A stretch of 64,000 nucleotides of DNA from Eledone cirrhosa (Eukaryota): assembly GCA_964016885.1 (NCBI GenBank), contig OZ024758.1, positions 25,668,001 through 25,732,000 of the forward strand. Reading direction: 5' to 3'. A program made the position numbers and the translations under genes. Numbering within the stretch: the first letter of the stretch is position 1; each line of letters opens with the position of its first letter. Shown here one piece after another: positions 1 to 13,425 of this stretch. The notes under the pieces are model-generated. The model saw only the letters and a list, made by a program, of their open reading frames with translations. It ran no database searches and had not been told where the DNA came from.

Positions 1-405
1 GGGTCTGGCCAGTTGGCTGTGCCCTACTTTGCTCATAGTAGAACTATATTTGGGGAACTGTATCTTTTTTTTTTCCCTTTCTAATTCCAAATTTTTTTTA
101 AACTATACAATTTAAAAGAAACAAAACACTAAAAAGCAATGAAACTAAGGATAGACAATGTGAGAAGAGGAATAGAGATTAAATAAACTGACCATAATTG
201 TAAATCATAAATCTCAAATACAGACTCGTTGTCCATCATCATCATCATCACCACCGCCATTGCAATCATCATTGAACTGCAGTAACAAACAGCCACAATC
301 CTCTGCCACTTATTGTAGTTCCTGTAGTCAGGGATTAACCCTGGCCATCAGGGAGATTTGAATCATTTAGGCAGAATTTGAACTCAGAATGCAAAGTGCT
401 GAAAC

Positions 406-975
406 AAATACTGCAAGGCATCTTGTCCAACAATCTAAAATGACAGCTTAATCCACCGCCCATAGACTGCTATTGTGTTTTAGCAATCCCGAAAGGATGA
501 AAATACTGCAAGGCATCTTGTCCAATACTCTAAAGATTCAGTCTAATCCACTGCCCATGGACTGCTATTGTGTTTTAGCAATCCCGAAAGGATGAAAATA
601 CTGCAAGGCATCTTGTTCAACACTCTAAAGATTCAGTCTAATCCACCTCCATGGACTGCTATTGTGTTTTAGCAATCCCGAAAGGATGAAAATACTGCAA
701 GGCATCTTGTTCAACACTCTAAAGATTCAGTCTAATCCACCTCCATGGACTGCTATTGTGTTTTAACAATCCCAAAAGGATGAAAATACTGCAAGGCATC
801 TTGTCCAGCACTCTAAAGATTCAGTCTAATCCACTCCCATGGACTGCTATTGTGTTTTAACAATCCCAAAAGGATGAAAATACTGCAAGGCATCTTGTCC
901 AACACTCTAAAGATTCAGTCTAATCCACTCCCATGGACTGCTATTGTGTTTTAGCAGTCCCAAAAGTATGAAAAG
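406..975. repeat. ~94-95 bp tandem repeat, ~6 copies, derived from SINE sequence
   Basis: AAATACTGCAAGGCATCTTG recurs at ~406, 501, 596, 690, 784 and 878. It contains GAAAGGATGAAA, also seen in SINE copies elsewhere in the window. Confidence 0.9.
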
Positions 976-1153
976 CAAAGGTGGGCTTGAAAGGATTTGA
1001 ATGCAAAATGTAAAGAACCAGAACAAATCTATTGTGGAGAGCTGGAACAAATAGCACAAAATATTCTGTTTGATGCTCTAACAACTCTGTTAATTCACCA
1101 CCAACAGACAAATATGATATCAACAGTTGAAAGAAAATAGAACTGAGAGCTGT

Positions 1154-1442
1154 GTCTAAGTCTAATCTAAAAAGATCTAAAGTCTGTCTTAAGCCAACAG
1201 GCTCATTAGGCCGGTACTTATCCCAGTTTCGTGGCCTGAAGCGACTGAGAATACAAGACTCCCCCTGGACAGGACGCCAGTCCATCACAGGGTTAACCCC
1301 CATTTATTGCTGGTACTCATTTTCAGCAACATGAAATGAAGTGTTTTGCTCAAGAACACGACACACAACCCAGCCGAAGAATGAAACTCATGACATTATG
1401 ATCGTAAGTCCACCACCCTTACCACTAGGCCATGTGCCTCCA
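1154..1442 (-). mobile_element. tRNA-derived SINE, family A (Nin/Deu-like core)
   Basis: Reverse complement of the element at 8170-8458, with a partly deleted core. Confidence 0.8.
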
Positions 1443-1564
1443 CTTGAAGCTGTATGCACAACCTAGTGAATACTAACTAATAAAACGGGAACTAAGAGAT
1501 GCAAAAATACATTTTTGGCGTTCAAAGAGTTATGAAAATATGAAATTTGGCAGAGTGGTCCTAC

Positions 1565-1713
1565 CTCCATTTCAGATATACGATTGGAAAAATTGGGAAT
1601 TGCAGCAGCTGGACTGTTTAGATCTTTGCGAATATAAATTCTCTGAGTTGAAGTAGCCATAGCTGTCGGAGCTTTTTTCTCAGAATCAGGTGGCTTCCTC
1701 TCTTGCTGAACAG
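1565..1713 (-). CDS. Internal coding exon of an unidentified host gene: (A)VQQERKPPDSEKKAPTAMATSTQRIYIRKDLNSPAAAIPNFSNRISEME
   Basis: Minus-strand acceptor caattttctactttcag and donor GAG|gtagg. Only the phase-1 frame is open. The sequence is non-repetitive. Confidence 0.75.
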
Positions 1714-1912
1714 CTGAAAGTAGAAAATTGAAGACATTTTAAAACTTTTTTATCAAAAAGAAAAACATTTTTGTGAACCTATAAAAAAATTTATTTTGTC
1801 TTTTTTTTTTTTTCATCTTCTTTCTAACCTTTCTTTATTTTTATTTTTCAAAAATTAACCACGGCGGGATTTGAACTCAGACCATAAAGGGCCGTAACTC
1901 TATGTTACAAAG

Positions 1913-2445
1913 CATGGCGTCTGACCCTCTACCGATACTGCCAATCCACCGCCCTAACATGGCGTCCGACCCTCTACCGATACTGCCAATCCGCCGCCCT
2001 AACATGGCGTCTGACCCTCTACCGATACTGCCAATCCACCGCCCTAACATGGTGTCCGACCCTCTACCGATACTGCCAATCCACCGCCCTAACATGGTGT
2101 CCGACCCTCTACCGATACTGCCAATCCACCGCCCTAACATGGTGTCTGACCCTCTACCGATACTGCCAATCCACCGCCCTAACATGGCGTCCGACCCTCT
2201 ACCGATACTGCCAATCCGCCGCCCTAACATGGCGTGTGACTCTCTACCGATACTGCCAATCCACCGCCCTAACATGGTGTCCGACCCTCTACCGATACTG
2301 CCAATCCGCCGCCCTAACATGGCGTGTGACTCTCTACCGATACTGCCAATCCACCGCCCTAACATGGTGTCCGACCCTCTACCGATACTGCCAATCCACC
2401 GCCCTAACATGGTGTCCGACCCTCTACCGATACTGCCAATCCGCC
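1913..2445. repeat. 45-bp minisatellite (~12 copies) amplified from the head of a minus-strand family-C SINE
   Basis: Unit CATGGCGTCCGACCCTCTACCGATACTGCCAATCCACCGCCCTAA, contiguous with SINE sequence at 1855-1912. Confidence 0.9.
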
Positions 2446-2878
2446 ATCCTATTTTCAAGTGGTTGGTATACACTTAAAATTGTGCATAAAACTTCCTTGA
2501 AAAACACCAATAAAATCCTATCACAGACCTCGCTGTTTATAATTTGGTTTTAAGATCAGAGTACTTAAATTTTATTATTTCAAAATATTCCATTATTTGA
2601 ATATATTTTACATTTTCCCTCACCATCCTCCGGGGAAAACCTTCTCCATTATGTCTGCCGGGGCCGTGGGGCGGCCGGCACGTCTGACCCCATTTGCTCA
2701 TAATAGTGAGAGGTGGGGAGGGCGAGAGAGACGGAGGCGATGACAGTGGGGGTTCGGCTCTTCTGTGTATATGTACATATATATATATATTCTTTGTATA
2801 TGTACATATATATATATATATATTCTGGTGTATATGTACATATATATATATATTCTTTAAGGGTATGTCAATATTTAT

Positions 2879-2979
2879 TTATAAAACTGATCTATATTAT
2901 ATTTTATCTGATGAAAGCGCACCATAATTTAACTGGGTGTCCTTGAAATATATATAATGAAATAAATATGGTTTTATAA
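2879..2979 (+). ncRNA. Type I hammerhead ribozyme motif (solo; same family as 60694)
   Basis: Helix I ATTTTAT (2901-2907) / ATGAAAT (2957-2963). CTGATGA at 2908-2914. Stem II AAGCGCACC/GGTGTCCTT. GAAA at 2945-2948. Palindromic ATATATAT. Predicted cut after A2956. Confidence 0.75.
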
Positions 2980-3135
2980 ATATAGTTTACATTTGTTAAT
3001 ATATCGTATTTTTACTCCAATAATTTGTTGAGTGCTTTATATCAGTTCTAAAAATATTTGCTTGTTGTATCCCAACAATTTAAATATAACTTCTACATAT
3101 ATATATATATATATATATTTTTTTTTTTCACTTAG

Positions 3136-3865
3136 GATTAGGAAAGCAAGTGATGCTTTCAGAAAGCTAGAAAGGCGAGACATATGCAAGAAGACAAAGG
3201 TAAAGGTGTACAAGGCATGTGTGCTCTCTTGTCTTCTTTATGCCTGCGAGACCTGGGTCACATATCGACACCACCTTAAGCAATTGGAGCGTTTCCATCA
3301 GATGTGTCTCAGACGGATCCATGGCGTTCACTGGAGGGACCACATCAGTGATATCGAGATTTTGGAAAGCTCTATGTGTGACAGTACAGAAGCTCTTGTG
3401 CTTAAGCAACGACTCCGTTGGAGTGGTCACCTTGCCAGGATGAAGGATTCTAGAATACCAAAACAACTCATTTATGGAGAGTTAGTTAAAGGAAAACGAC
3501 CGCCACATAAACCAAAAAAGAGGTATAAGGATTTCTTGAAAGCCTCTTTGAAAGACGCTAACATCTCTGCTGATACATGGGAAAATGTTGCTGCTGATCA
3601 TAATAAATGGAGAAAGACTGTAAATGAGGGAAAAGTTGCCTTTGAGGCATCTCGAATCGCATACGAGAAAGTAAAGTGGGATGGGAGGAAGGGCATTGCT
3701 GTTGCACTTCCAGACGGCGAGAGTCCTCCTATGGTGCTGACATGCAGCATCTGTGCGAGACTCTGCCTAAGTAAAGCTGGACTCGAAAGTCATCTTCGCA
3801 GTCTTAAAGTAAGACCAGGCTGCTGTTGGAGATGCTACTCATCATGCTTGCCAAACATGTGGTAG
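3136..3865 (+). mobile_element. RTE/BovB-like LINE 3' fragment (post-RT region and C-terminal Cys/His finger)
   Basis: TKVKVYKACVLSCLLYACETW, RLRWSGHLARMKDSRIPKQLIYGEL, and CSIC...H motif. Confidence 0.85.
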
Positions 3866-4031
3866 AGAATATAAATCAGCAGGAGGGCTCAAGCGACATG
3901 CAAAAGTACATGAACTCCAACCACGGCCGGCTATTCCCAGTGAATGTTTTGGTTGCCAACTCTGTGCAAGACATTTTAGATCATTGGCTGGGCTAAAAAG
4001 CCACATTCGATCGCAGCGCTGTTAGTTGCTA

Positions 4032-4076
<45 letters not shown>

Positions 4077-4237
4077 GATATGTTTATGTGTGTACGTGTA
4101 TATATATATATGTATATTATTATTGTTGTTGTTGTCGTTATTATTATTGTTGTTATTATTATTATTATTGTCATTAATATATATGTATGTGTATGTATGT
4201 GTGTCATTAATATATATGTATGTGTATGTATGTGTAT

Positions 4238-4273
<36 letters not shown>

Positions 4274-4278
4274 GAATA

Positions 4279-4313
<35 letters not shown>

Positions 4314-4641
4314 TTTATTTATTTTATTTTATTTTATTTATTTCTCGTGCAATGGCCATACTCGATAACGAGGGGGCAGCCATCATATATATCATCATCA
4401 TCATCATCATCATCATTTCATTTTACGTCCGCTTTTTCCCTGCTTGCAGAGTTTATAGAATGTCAGTTGGAGAGAGCTTGATCAGCACATGCTTCAATGG
4501 TGAGGTCTGATAGGACTTTTTATATCCAAGAAATGAGAGATGGATGAAGACTGTAGATGGTCAGCATAGCTAGGAAGTTCTTTTGTCTTGAAGGATAAGT
4601 TTGTAGATGGCCAATAATAATGGTTTCTTTATTAGAGACTG

Positions 4642-4900
4642 TGCTTGATTGTAGATTTAGCCTGTCCCTTTAACACAAGAGTGCACGAGAAGGAGAAAAT
4701 TAACCGATACCAAGATTTAAAGTAGGAGTTAAAAAGGATTTAGAACTGTCATAAGATCAAGGTTGTCCTGATTGTCATAGGAGCACTAGGTATTATCTCA
4801 AAGAGTTTTCAAGGATGGTTAAAGAACATTAATCCAGACCCCTTTTTTGAAACACTTCAAAAAGCATGCAAGAACCCTCCGATATGTACTGAATATCTGA
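4642..4900 (+). mobile_element. Decayed R4/Dong-like LINE C-terminus (restriction-like endonuclease region)
   Basis: Manual translation: CLIVDLACPFNTRVHEKEKINRYQDLK*ELKRI*NCHKIKVVLIVIGALGIISK...LQKAC, with in-frame stops. Confidence 0.7.
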
Positions 4901-6812
4901 AGCTGTAGGTAGTGGCTCGATGTTCATTTGAAAAAACTTTCCAGTTAATTAACACCAAAGACTGAGACTCCAAGAAAATACTAATAAAAACTGTACCATC
5001 TGGTATACATATACTTCAGCAGAAATTAACACCAATTCTTAATATAATAAACACAAATATCTCTAAAATCACAATGTAGTCATAATGGCTGGTACTTGAA
5101 TCATTTTTTTTTTCGTTTTAGAATCAAGCATGTCTCCTGCAGTAAAAATTGCACGAGTAAATTTTTCCATAAATCCTGATACTTATTCTCCATTGCAAGA
5201 TGAAATAAACCATATTGAATTGAGTGTCCTGCCCAGAGAAATATAATGTAACACTTGCAGTGGACTTGAACTTAACTTAAACCCATGAGCTGGTAATCCA
5301 TTAAATTGTTCATTCAACAATTTTGTCTCTCTAAACAGTTAATGGTGCCATATTTTATTTTATTGGAACATGGCTTAGTGGTTAGAGAGTTAGATTCACA
5401 ATCATGAGATTGTGAGTTTGATTCTTGGACCAGGCAATGTGTTATGGTCTTGAGCAAGATGTTTTGTTTCACATTGCTCTTTCTGCCAGGAATTGCAACC
5501 GACAGATAGTATCAGCAATGGAAAGACCAGGTCTGATCTGATGAGTTCCCCACCCACTTTCTAAGTGAATAAAGTCTGGGATCTTGACTATTGTTATATA
5601 GTCTTGTATTGTATTGTATTGAAGCAAACATTGGCTGTGTTATGATAAGAACCATATCAAAAATTAAGTGGCAATAAAGCATGTTTTTTTTATAACCAAT
5701 ATAACATTGCTATATAAACACAGCTACAAGGAATATTGGAGAAGTCTATTGTTAGACATTTCTCAATGTCTAACAATAGGCAAACTTAGAAAATTATGAT
5801 TTTACTCTATATCTCTTGCTTCTCTCCTAAGAAAATATTGGAAAATCTGTAATATGACAGTTTATGTCTTGAAATGGTTAAAAATAATAAAATGAAACAT
5901 TTCAACAAAACGCTTGATGAAAAATGAATATTTGTATGACAGTAAATAAAACATTTCAAAAATAAACTTTGGCTAAAAATCAATTACAGTTTTCAACCAT
6001 ATACTTCATTTATAGAAATACTTTTTGTTGTTGTTGTTCTGAGGAAAACATTGCCGAGTAATGCATTTTATATGTTAACTACTGGAATTTATTTTTGGTT
6101 AAAGTAATGGAGTAATGGGCTACACCTGGTTGAAAATAGATACTATGTCTTCCTACACAAATATGTAGTTGACATTAGACTAAGCAACATTTCATAAAAT
6201 AATTCATACAAATATCCAAATTTGTAGAAAAATTTAAGCCCAGAGCAGCTTTCAAAACTTTTTACATTGGCAGCATATTGTTTTTAAAAAAATATTTTTT
6301 TTGTGACACATTATTCAAATTTTATTAGTGACATAAAATTAAAGAAAGTATTTATATAATTATCCCACATAATATCAAATCTATGAGATTTTGATGTTAT
6401 TTATTTTGAGAACAATACCTTAACGTCAGTATGAGCTACTGGTTACGACCAGTTAGAACAGAAAGAGGTTAGAGAATTCTGGCTGGATATGGCCGGTTTA
6501 AATGCTAAAGGGTTAAATTAACAAATATTAGGTCAAGCATCCTTTAACCCCGAGTCTTAACTTATGCAAAGTTGTCAGACATACATACTTTACTGCCTCA
6601 CCAAATATTTGTAAACATTGATCAAATTTGACCTAATCTCACAACACACCTACAAATTATAAGTGACCCATTAAAAGTGTTGCCATTCAGAGTTTGAAAA
6701 AACCTCATTGAAAATTGAAATCAAAGACCTTAAGCAAACAAACAAACAAATAATAAAAATCATCAGATGTCCAAATGTACTAAAATATCCAGGAAACAAC
6801 ATTTATATAGCT

Positions 6813-6886
6813 GGCTCCATAGTTCAGTTGGTTAAAGCACTGGTTTAGTAAACTAGAGGTCAAGGTTTTGAATCCATTTGGAGCTG
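6813..6886 (+). pseudogene. tRNA-Thr-like pseudogene (AGT anticodon)
   Basis: Acceptor stem GGCTCCA/TGGAGCT. D-arm TAGTTCAGTTGGTTAAAGC. Anticodon arm CTGGT-TTAGTAA-ACTAG. The T-arm is mismatched (TTTGAAT). Confidence 0.6.
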
Positions 6887-7798
6887 GGATTAACATAGCT
6901 GGTCATTAATGTTAACTGGAGAGAAATCTCTTTTTTTTTTTATTTGCTGTGAGACAATAGAAGTAAAAGATGATATTTGCTGTTTTAAGAGAACATACTT
7001 TCACTTCTTTTTTTTGCATGGACATCATACATAGTCTTAAGATGGGTTTAAAAGAGTTATATTTACTATTGTATTTTCATGGTAAAAGCTTTACCTCATA
7101 TAATTATCTCACATAATATCACACCTACAAGCTTTTGATATTATTTATTTTGAGAACAATACCTTAACATCAATATTAGCAGCCGGTTACAGCTGGTTTG
7201 AACAGAAAGAGGTGAGAGAATTCTGGCTGATATAGCTGGTTTAAATGCTAAAGGGTTAAGATCTGCTGCAAGCCCAGAGACTCATCTTGGTTTCTTTGGC
7301 ACTAAGTGACTGAGAGTAAAGACTTTCTGGATGGGACACCAGTCCTTCACAAGGTTAATCTCTTGTGATCCCCAGTACTCATTTTCAGCTGAATGGACTG
7401 AAGAGGTGTAAAACGATACAACAAGCCACCTAGCCCATTAATCAAACCCAGGACTTCACAATCATGAACCCAACATCCTAACCAGTAAGCAGCATGCTAG
7501 TCTTAAGATGGAGACTCGTCATAAATATAAAAAGAAACGATTTCTTTTGAATATCTTTTTACAATTGAGCAAGACACTTTATTTCACATTGTTCCAGTTT
7601 ACTGAGCTGTAGAAATGAGATGATAGGGACTGGGGTCCCTATCATTCCACTGCAAAGTGGCCGTGGAGGTGCCACGGCAAAAAAGCACCCAGCCCACACT
7701 GTAAATGAGGTTGGTGTTAGGAAGGGCATCCAGCTGTAGAAATCAAGCCAGAATCAGTTCCCGTCCCGCCCTTGCAAGCAGGGAAAAGCGGACGTAAA

Positions 7799-7830
<32 letters not shown>

Positions 7831-8169
7831 ACCTGCAGTCAGCAATATTGCTGTAACAAAACAGCAGTATCACAGCACAGGTCCAATGACATAACAATGT
7901 GATAGTTAAAAAAACACAACAAACAAGGCATAGTCACTTAACAACAGATGGTAAGTTATAACAGTATATCAGCAGATTCTAATAATAGTTTAACAATATA
8001 TGTTAAATGTCATAGCTGAATATGTAATTTAGTTTTATAATAATAGTATTAGAGGACTAAACTTTCATTCAGTCTTTCATTCAGTCACAAATATTATTAC
8101 TATGATGGCAGGACAACAACTAGTCATAGTAGTCTAAGAAGTAGTAACAGTCATAGTAGTATAAGAAAT

Positions 8170-8458
8170 GTGGAGGCACGTGGCCTAGTGGTAAGGGTGT
8201 TGGACTTACGATCATAATGTTGTGGGCTTGATTCCTGGGCTGGGTTGTGTGTTGTGTTCTTAGGCAAAACACTTCATTTCACGTTGCTCCAGTATACTCA
8301 ACTGAAAATGAGTATCAGCAATAGCTGGAGGGTTAAACCTGCGATGGACTGGCATCTTGTCCAGGGGGAGTATTGTACTCTCAGCCGCTTCACGCTATGA
8401 AACCGGGATAAGCACCGGCCTAACGACCCTTCTGGCTTAAGACAGACTTTAGACTTAG
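8170..8458 (+). mobile_element. tRNA-derived SINE, family A (other copies at 1154-1442, 23235-23523, 29309-29547)
   Basis: A-box TGGCCTAGTGG and B-box-like GCTTGATTCC. Core CAAAACACTTCATTTCACGTTGCTCCAG. (CTTTAGA)-type tail. Confidence 0.8.
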
Positions 8459-8663
8459 TATAAGAAACAGTAGTCATAGCAGTATAAGAAATAGTCAAAG
8501 GAAAAGACAATCATAAATATAACCAAAAATAATATTAAACTAGTTCACTATCAGTACAGTAATACAGCAGAGAGACACCATAGAGGATACAAGATTATAG
8601 TAGAAGGTCTCACAGGATATGTTCCATCGTAAATAGGATCACTAAAAGAATAATTTAACATTG

Positions 8664-9425
8664 TGTATGGTATGATATAGTGTAGTATGGTGTGGTATAG
8701 TCTAGTATGGTGTGGTATAGTCTAGTATGGTATGATATAGTGTAGTATGGTATGGTATAGTGTAGTATGGTATGGTGTGGTATAGTCTAGTATGGTATGG
8801 TATAGTGTAGTATGGTGTGGTATAGTCTAGTATGGTGTGGTATAGTCTAGTATGGTATGATATAGTGTAGTATGGTGTGGTATAGTCTAGTATGGTGTGG
8901 TATAGTCTAGTATGGTATGATATAGTGTAGTATGGTATGGTATAGTGTAGTATGGTATGGTGTGGTATAGTCTAGTATGGTATGGTATAGTGTAGTATGG
9001 TATGGTATGGTGTGGTATAGTCTAGTATGGTATGGTATAGTGTAGTATGGTATGGTATAGTGTAGTATGGTATGGTATGGTGTGGTATAGTCTAGTATGG
9101 TATGGTATAGTGTAGTATGGTGTGGTATAGTCTAGTATGGTGTGGTATAGTCTAGTATGGTATGATATAGTGTAGTATGGTATGGTATAGTGTAGTATGG
9201 TATGGTGTGGTATAGTCTAGTATGGTATGGTATAGTGTAGTATGGTATGGTATAGTGTAGTATGGTATGGTATAGTATGGTATGATATAGTGTAGTATGG
9301 TGTGGTATAGTGTAGTATGGTGTGGTATAGTGTAGTATGGTATGATATAGTGTAGTATGGTGTGGTATAGTGTAGTATGGTGTGGTATAGTGTAGTATGG
9401 TGTGGTATAGTGTAGTATGGTATGG
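8664..9425. repeat. Degenerate pentanucleotide satellite (TATGG/TATAG/TGTAG)n
   Basis: Seen directly. It abuts a dispersed element at 9426-9600, whose second copy at 38205-38395 has only ~3 pentamers. Confidence 0.9.
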
Positions 9426-9672
9426 TCCTGTAACTCCTGATGGAGTCATAGGGGCACTGTATTGACATACAGCAGCATTTCTTGGACATTTTAAGCCTGA
9501 CGGAGATCATCCCTCCCCAGGTCTGAAAACAGTGAATTTCTTCCAGAGAAGGATAGAAAGTGAGAGAGAGGAAGTGAGAAAGAGACATGAGAAGAAGAAT
9601 GAACACCAGTATTAGGCTGGTACATAGAGTACACCATATATTATCTAAGTAAATCATTTAAGAAAATTAACT

Positions 9673-10700
9673 GAGAGAAGGTCTGAGTAAATGAAAGAGA
9701 TAAAACATTGACCAAGAGATGGCCTGGGTGAATGAAAGAGATAAAACATTGACCAAGAGAAGGCCTGGGTGAATGAAAGAGATAAAACATTGACCAAGAG
9801 AAGGCCTGGGTGAATGAAAGAGATAAAACATTGACCAAGAGAAGGCCTGGGTGAATGAAAGAGATAAAACATTGACCAAGAGAAGGCCTGGGTGAATGAA
9901 AGAGATAAAACATTGACCAAGAGATGGTCTGAGTGAATGGAAGAGATAAAACATTGACCAAGAGAAGGCCTGGGTGAATGAAAGAGATAAAACATTGACC
10001 AAGAGATGGCCTGGGTGAATGAAAGAGATAAAACATTGACCAAGAGAAGGCCTGGGTGAATGAAAGAGATAAAACATTGACCAAGAGAAGGCCTGGGTGA
10101 ATGAAAGAGATAAAACATTGACCAAGAGAAGGCCTGGGTGAATGAAAGAGATAAAACATTGACCAAGAGATGGTCTGAGTGAATGGAAGAGATAAAACAT
10201 TGACCAAGAGAAGGCCTGGGTGAATGAAAGAGATAAAACATTGACCAAGAGAAGGCCTGGGTGAATGAAAGAGATAAAACATTGACCAAGAGATGGCCTG
10301 GGTGAATGAAAGAGATAAAACATTGACCAAGAGATGGCCTGGGTGAATGAAAGAGATAAAACATTGACCAAGAGAAGGCCTGGGTGAATGAAAGAGATAA
10401 AACATTGACCAAGAGAAGGCCTGGGTGAATGAAAGAGATAAAACATTGACCAAGAGATGGTCTGAGTGAATGGAAGAGATAAAACATTGACCAAGAGAAG
10501 GCCTGGGTGAATGAAAGAGATAAAACATTGACCAAGAGAAGGCCTGGGTGAATGAAAGAGATAAAACATTGACCAAGAGATGGTCTGAGTGAATGAAAGA
10601 GATAAAACATTGACCAAGAGATGGCCTGAGTCAATGAAAGAGATAAAACATTGACCAAGATATGGTCTGAGTGAATGAAAGAGATAAAACATTGACCAAA
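9673..10700. repeat. 41-bp minisatellite, ~25 copies
   Basis: Unit GAATGAAAGAGATAAAACATTGACCAAGAGAAGGCCTGGGT. It explains the three overlapping minus-strand ORFs. Confidence 0.95.
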
Positions 10701-10779
10701 GAAACAACACATCACCCGGTCTGAGAATTGAACTCACAACCTTTCGATTGCAAGGCCAATGCTCTAACCACTAAGCCAT

Positions 10780-10823
<44 letters not shown>

Positions 10824-12116
10824 AGGTGATGTGTTGTTTCCTTGAGCAAGACACTTTATTTCACATTGCTCCAGTTTACTCAGCTGTAGAAATGAGATGA
10901 TAGGGACTGGGGTCCCTATCATTCCACTGTAAAGTGGACGTGTAGGCGCCACGGGAAAAAAGCACCCAGCCCACACTGTAAATGAGGTTGGTGTTAGGAA
11001 GGGCATCCAGCTGTAGAAATCAAGCCAGAATCAGTTCCCGTCCCACCCTTGTAAGCAGGGAAAAGCGGATGTAAAATGATGATGATATATATATATATAT
11101 AATCCATTTTTATTTTCTTGAAAGATCCTAGATCTTACAGAATCAAGCTGCCGATCTTCCTTTTTTGTTTTCTGTTTTTGCTCTACTCTTGCAGTTGCTC
11201 CTATCTTTGGGAAATAGACATAGTTCGCTAATCTTCAATTTTCCCACTTCTAAAAACTCAACATTTCCTGCCATTTCTCAACAGTACCTTAGTTAATCTT
11301 ATGACCTTTAAAATAAACAAACTTTGAATACCTCTTCTCCAACATCATTGCCACCACCACCACCAAATTTTGATTCTAATGCTTACAAAGCTCAATCCCT
11401 TATTTTGTGATGTAACACAAAGCGAAAACAACAAAGGGTTCCCTGAATCTCTGTAGTTCATCTTTGGTGGGTTTTGGATAAGAATCAGAAGAAGCAGAAA
11501 GAAGGAATACACTTGAATGAAAATAGAAAGTTGTCCTTTAAACTTAATCTAGGGATTAACAACAATAATTTGGAGGCTTAAAGAATTATTTCGATATTTC
11601 AAGCTCACACAACTTTGGCCTCTAAAAATAGTTTCCTCAACAAGAAACGGTTTGTTCTGTTTCTCCCTTTTTCAAGATATATCTCATTTACTCCTTCTCT
11701 CTCTCTTGCTCTTCACCCCACTCTTTTTCTCTCTACCCCCTCTTTCTCCCTCCTCTGCTCTCTTATCTCTCTTTCCCTTCTCTCTTTATCTTTCTTTCCC
11801 CTCTCTCTCTCTCTTCCTCCTCATCTTTCTATCCTCTCTCCTTCATCTCTCTCTCTCTTTCTCTGACTTTCCCTATATGGTAATATTTACAACAACAACA
11901 TCATCATCATTATATAACTTCCATTAAAAGATGATGATGATGATGTATATGGCAAAAACAGACAAACACTTTAGTCAGATACAAATGCAATGATATGGCC
12001 ATGACAAATGCATACAGATATAAAATGCTGATATATATTTTATCAATCAGTCATAACTGACCATGGGTTTGTATCAAGGGCATTCCCCCTCCAAAGTGCA
12101 AGCCTGGGTAACATGT

Positions 12117-12420
12117 TCATCATCATCATCATCATCCTTCGACTCCTCTGAGGGCAGTCGGAACCCTTTCCACACTGTTCGGTCCTGCACTTTTGTCCCC
12201 AGATCCCTTATGTCCAACCCTGAGTCCCGAGCTATGGTGCCTGGGAAAGTCAGTTTTCGTGAATGGACACATCGAGAGGGGTGCCATAGGAGAGATGAAA
12301 TGATTTCTTTGTCGGCTCGATGACAGTGACCAGCAAACTGTAGTTTTTTTTTGCTTGAGTCTGAGAGATATTGGAATCAAATCTCCATAGATGGTTTCAC
12401 GTGTTGCGTGTGATCTCCAG
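12117..12420 (-). mobile_element. RTE-like LINE 3' end with (ATG)n tail
   Basis: Minus-strand translation LQFAGHCHRADKEIISSLLWHP...DRTVW, followed by (GAT)n. Confidence 0.65.
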
Positions 12421-12444
12421 CTTATGTTTCTGTTAGGTGGCTTA

Positions 12445-13425
12445 ATTGGCAGTATCGGTAGAGGGCTGGATGCCAGCCATGCTTTCCAGCATAGTTACGT
12501 CCCTTTACGGTCTGAGTTCAAATCCCGCCGAGGTTAACTTTGCCTTTCATCCTTACAGGGTCGATAAAATAAAGTACCAGTAATGTACTGGGGTAATTGC
12601 TGGCCTTGTGCCAAAAGTAGAAACCATTATTAGTTGTCCATGTATGCCAGTCCTTCATTGCCGCTGTTATTTAAATGAAAGACGGTGAATTGGGCGGTGA
12701 ATTGGCAGTATCGGTAGAGGGTCGGACGCCATGCTTTCCAGCATAGTTACGTCCTTTTACGATCTGAGTTCAATTCCCACCGAGGTTAACTTTGCCTTTC
12801 ATCCTTACGGGGTCGATAAAATAAAGTACTAGTAATGTACTGGGGTAATTGCTGGCCTTGTGCCAAAAAGTAGAAACAGTTATTTAAATGAAAGACAAAG
12901 ACCAGTACAGCTTGATGCTTAGTAATGTTACAACTTGTTTTTTCCAGTTGAGTGGACTGGTGCAATGTACCGCCCATTCCAGGAAGACCCCAGTACTGGA
13001 CTGGTACTTTTTTTTATCAACCTCGAAAGGATGAAAAGCAAAGTGGACCTCGGTGGGATTTGAACTCAGGGAGCAGAAAGCCAGAATGAATATCTCCCTT
13101 CTAACGACTCTGCCAATTCTCCACCTTTTATAATAATTGTTTCTACTTTTGGCACAAGGCCAGCAATTATCCCAGTGTACGTTACTGGTACTTTATTTTA
13201 TCGACCCCGTAAGGATGAAAGACAAAGTAAACCTCGGCGGGATTTGAATTCAGAATGGCAAGGGCCGTAACTCTACGCTTGGCATCCGACCCTCTACTGA
13301 TATTACCAATCCACTATAGTCATAATATAATTGTTTCTACTTTTGCCACAAGGCCAGCAATTATCCCAGTGCATTACTGGTACTTTATTTTATCGACCTC
13401 GAAAGGATGAAAGGTAAAGTTGACC
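12445..13425. mobile_element. Cluster of family-C SINEs in both orientations (further clusters or copies at 35484-36620, 39515-39685, 63435-63620)
   Basis: Repeated GAGTTCAAATCCCGCCGAGGTTAACTTTGCCTTTCATCCTTACGGGGTCGATAAAATAAAGTACCAG and its reverse complement, with (ATT)n tails. Confidence 0.85.

Noticed and set aside
1877-2477. Antiparallel repeat proteins
   Set aside because: The ORFs are translations of a 45-bp SINE-derived minisatellite.
9673-10700. CRISPR array or overlapping triple ORFs
   Set aside because: The 41-bp units are contiguous with no unique spacers. The context is eukaryotic and there are no cas genes.
11139-11250. Additional minus-strand host exon ending at GATTCT|gtaaga
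   Set aside because: The candidate acceptors give either stop codons or an exit phase incompatible with the 1565-1713 exon. Not supportable without reads.
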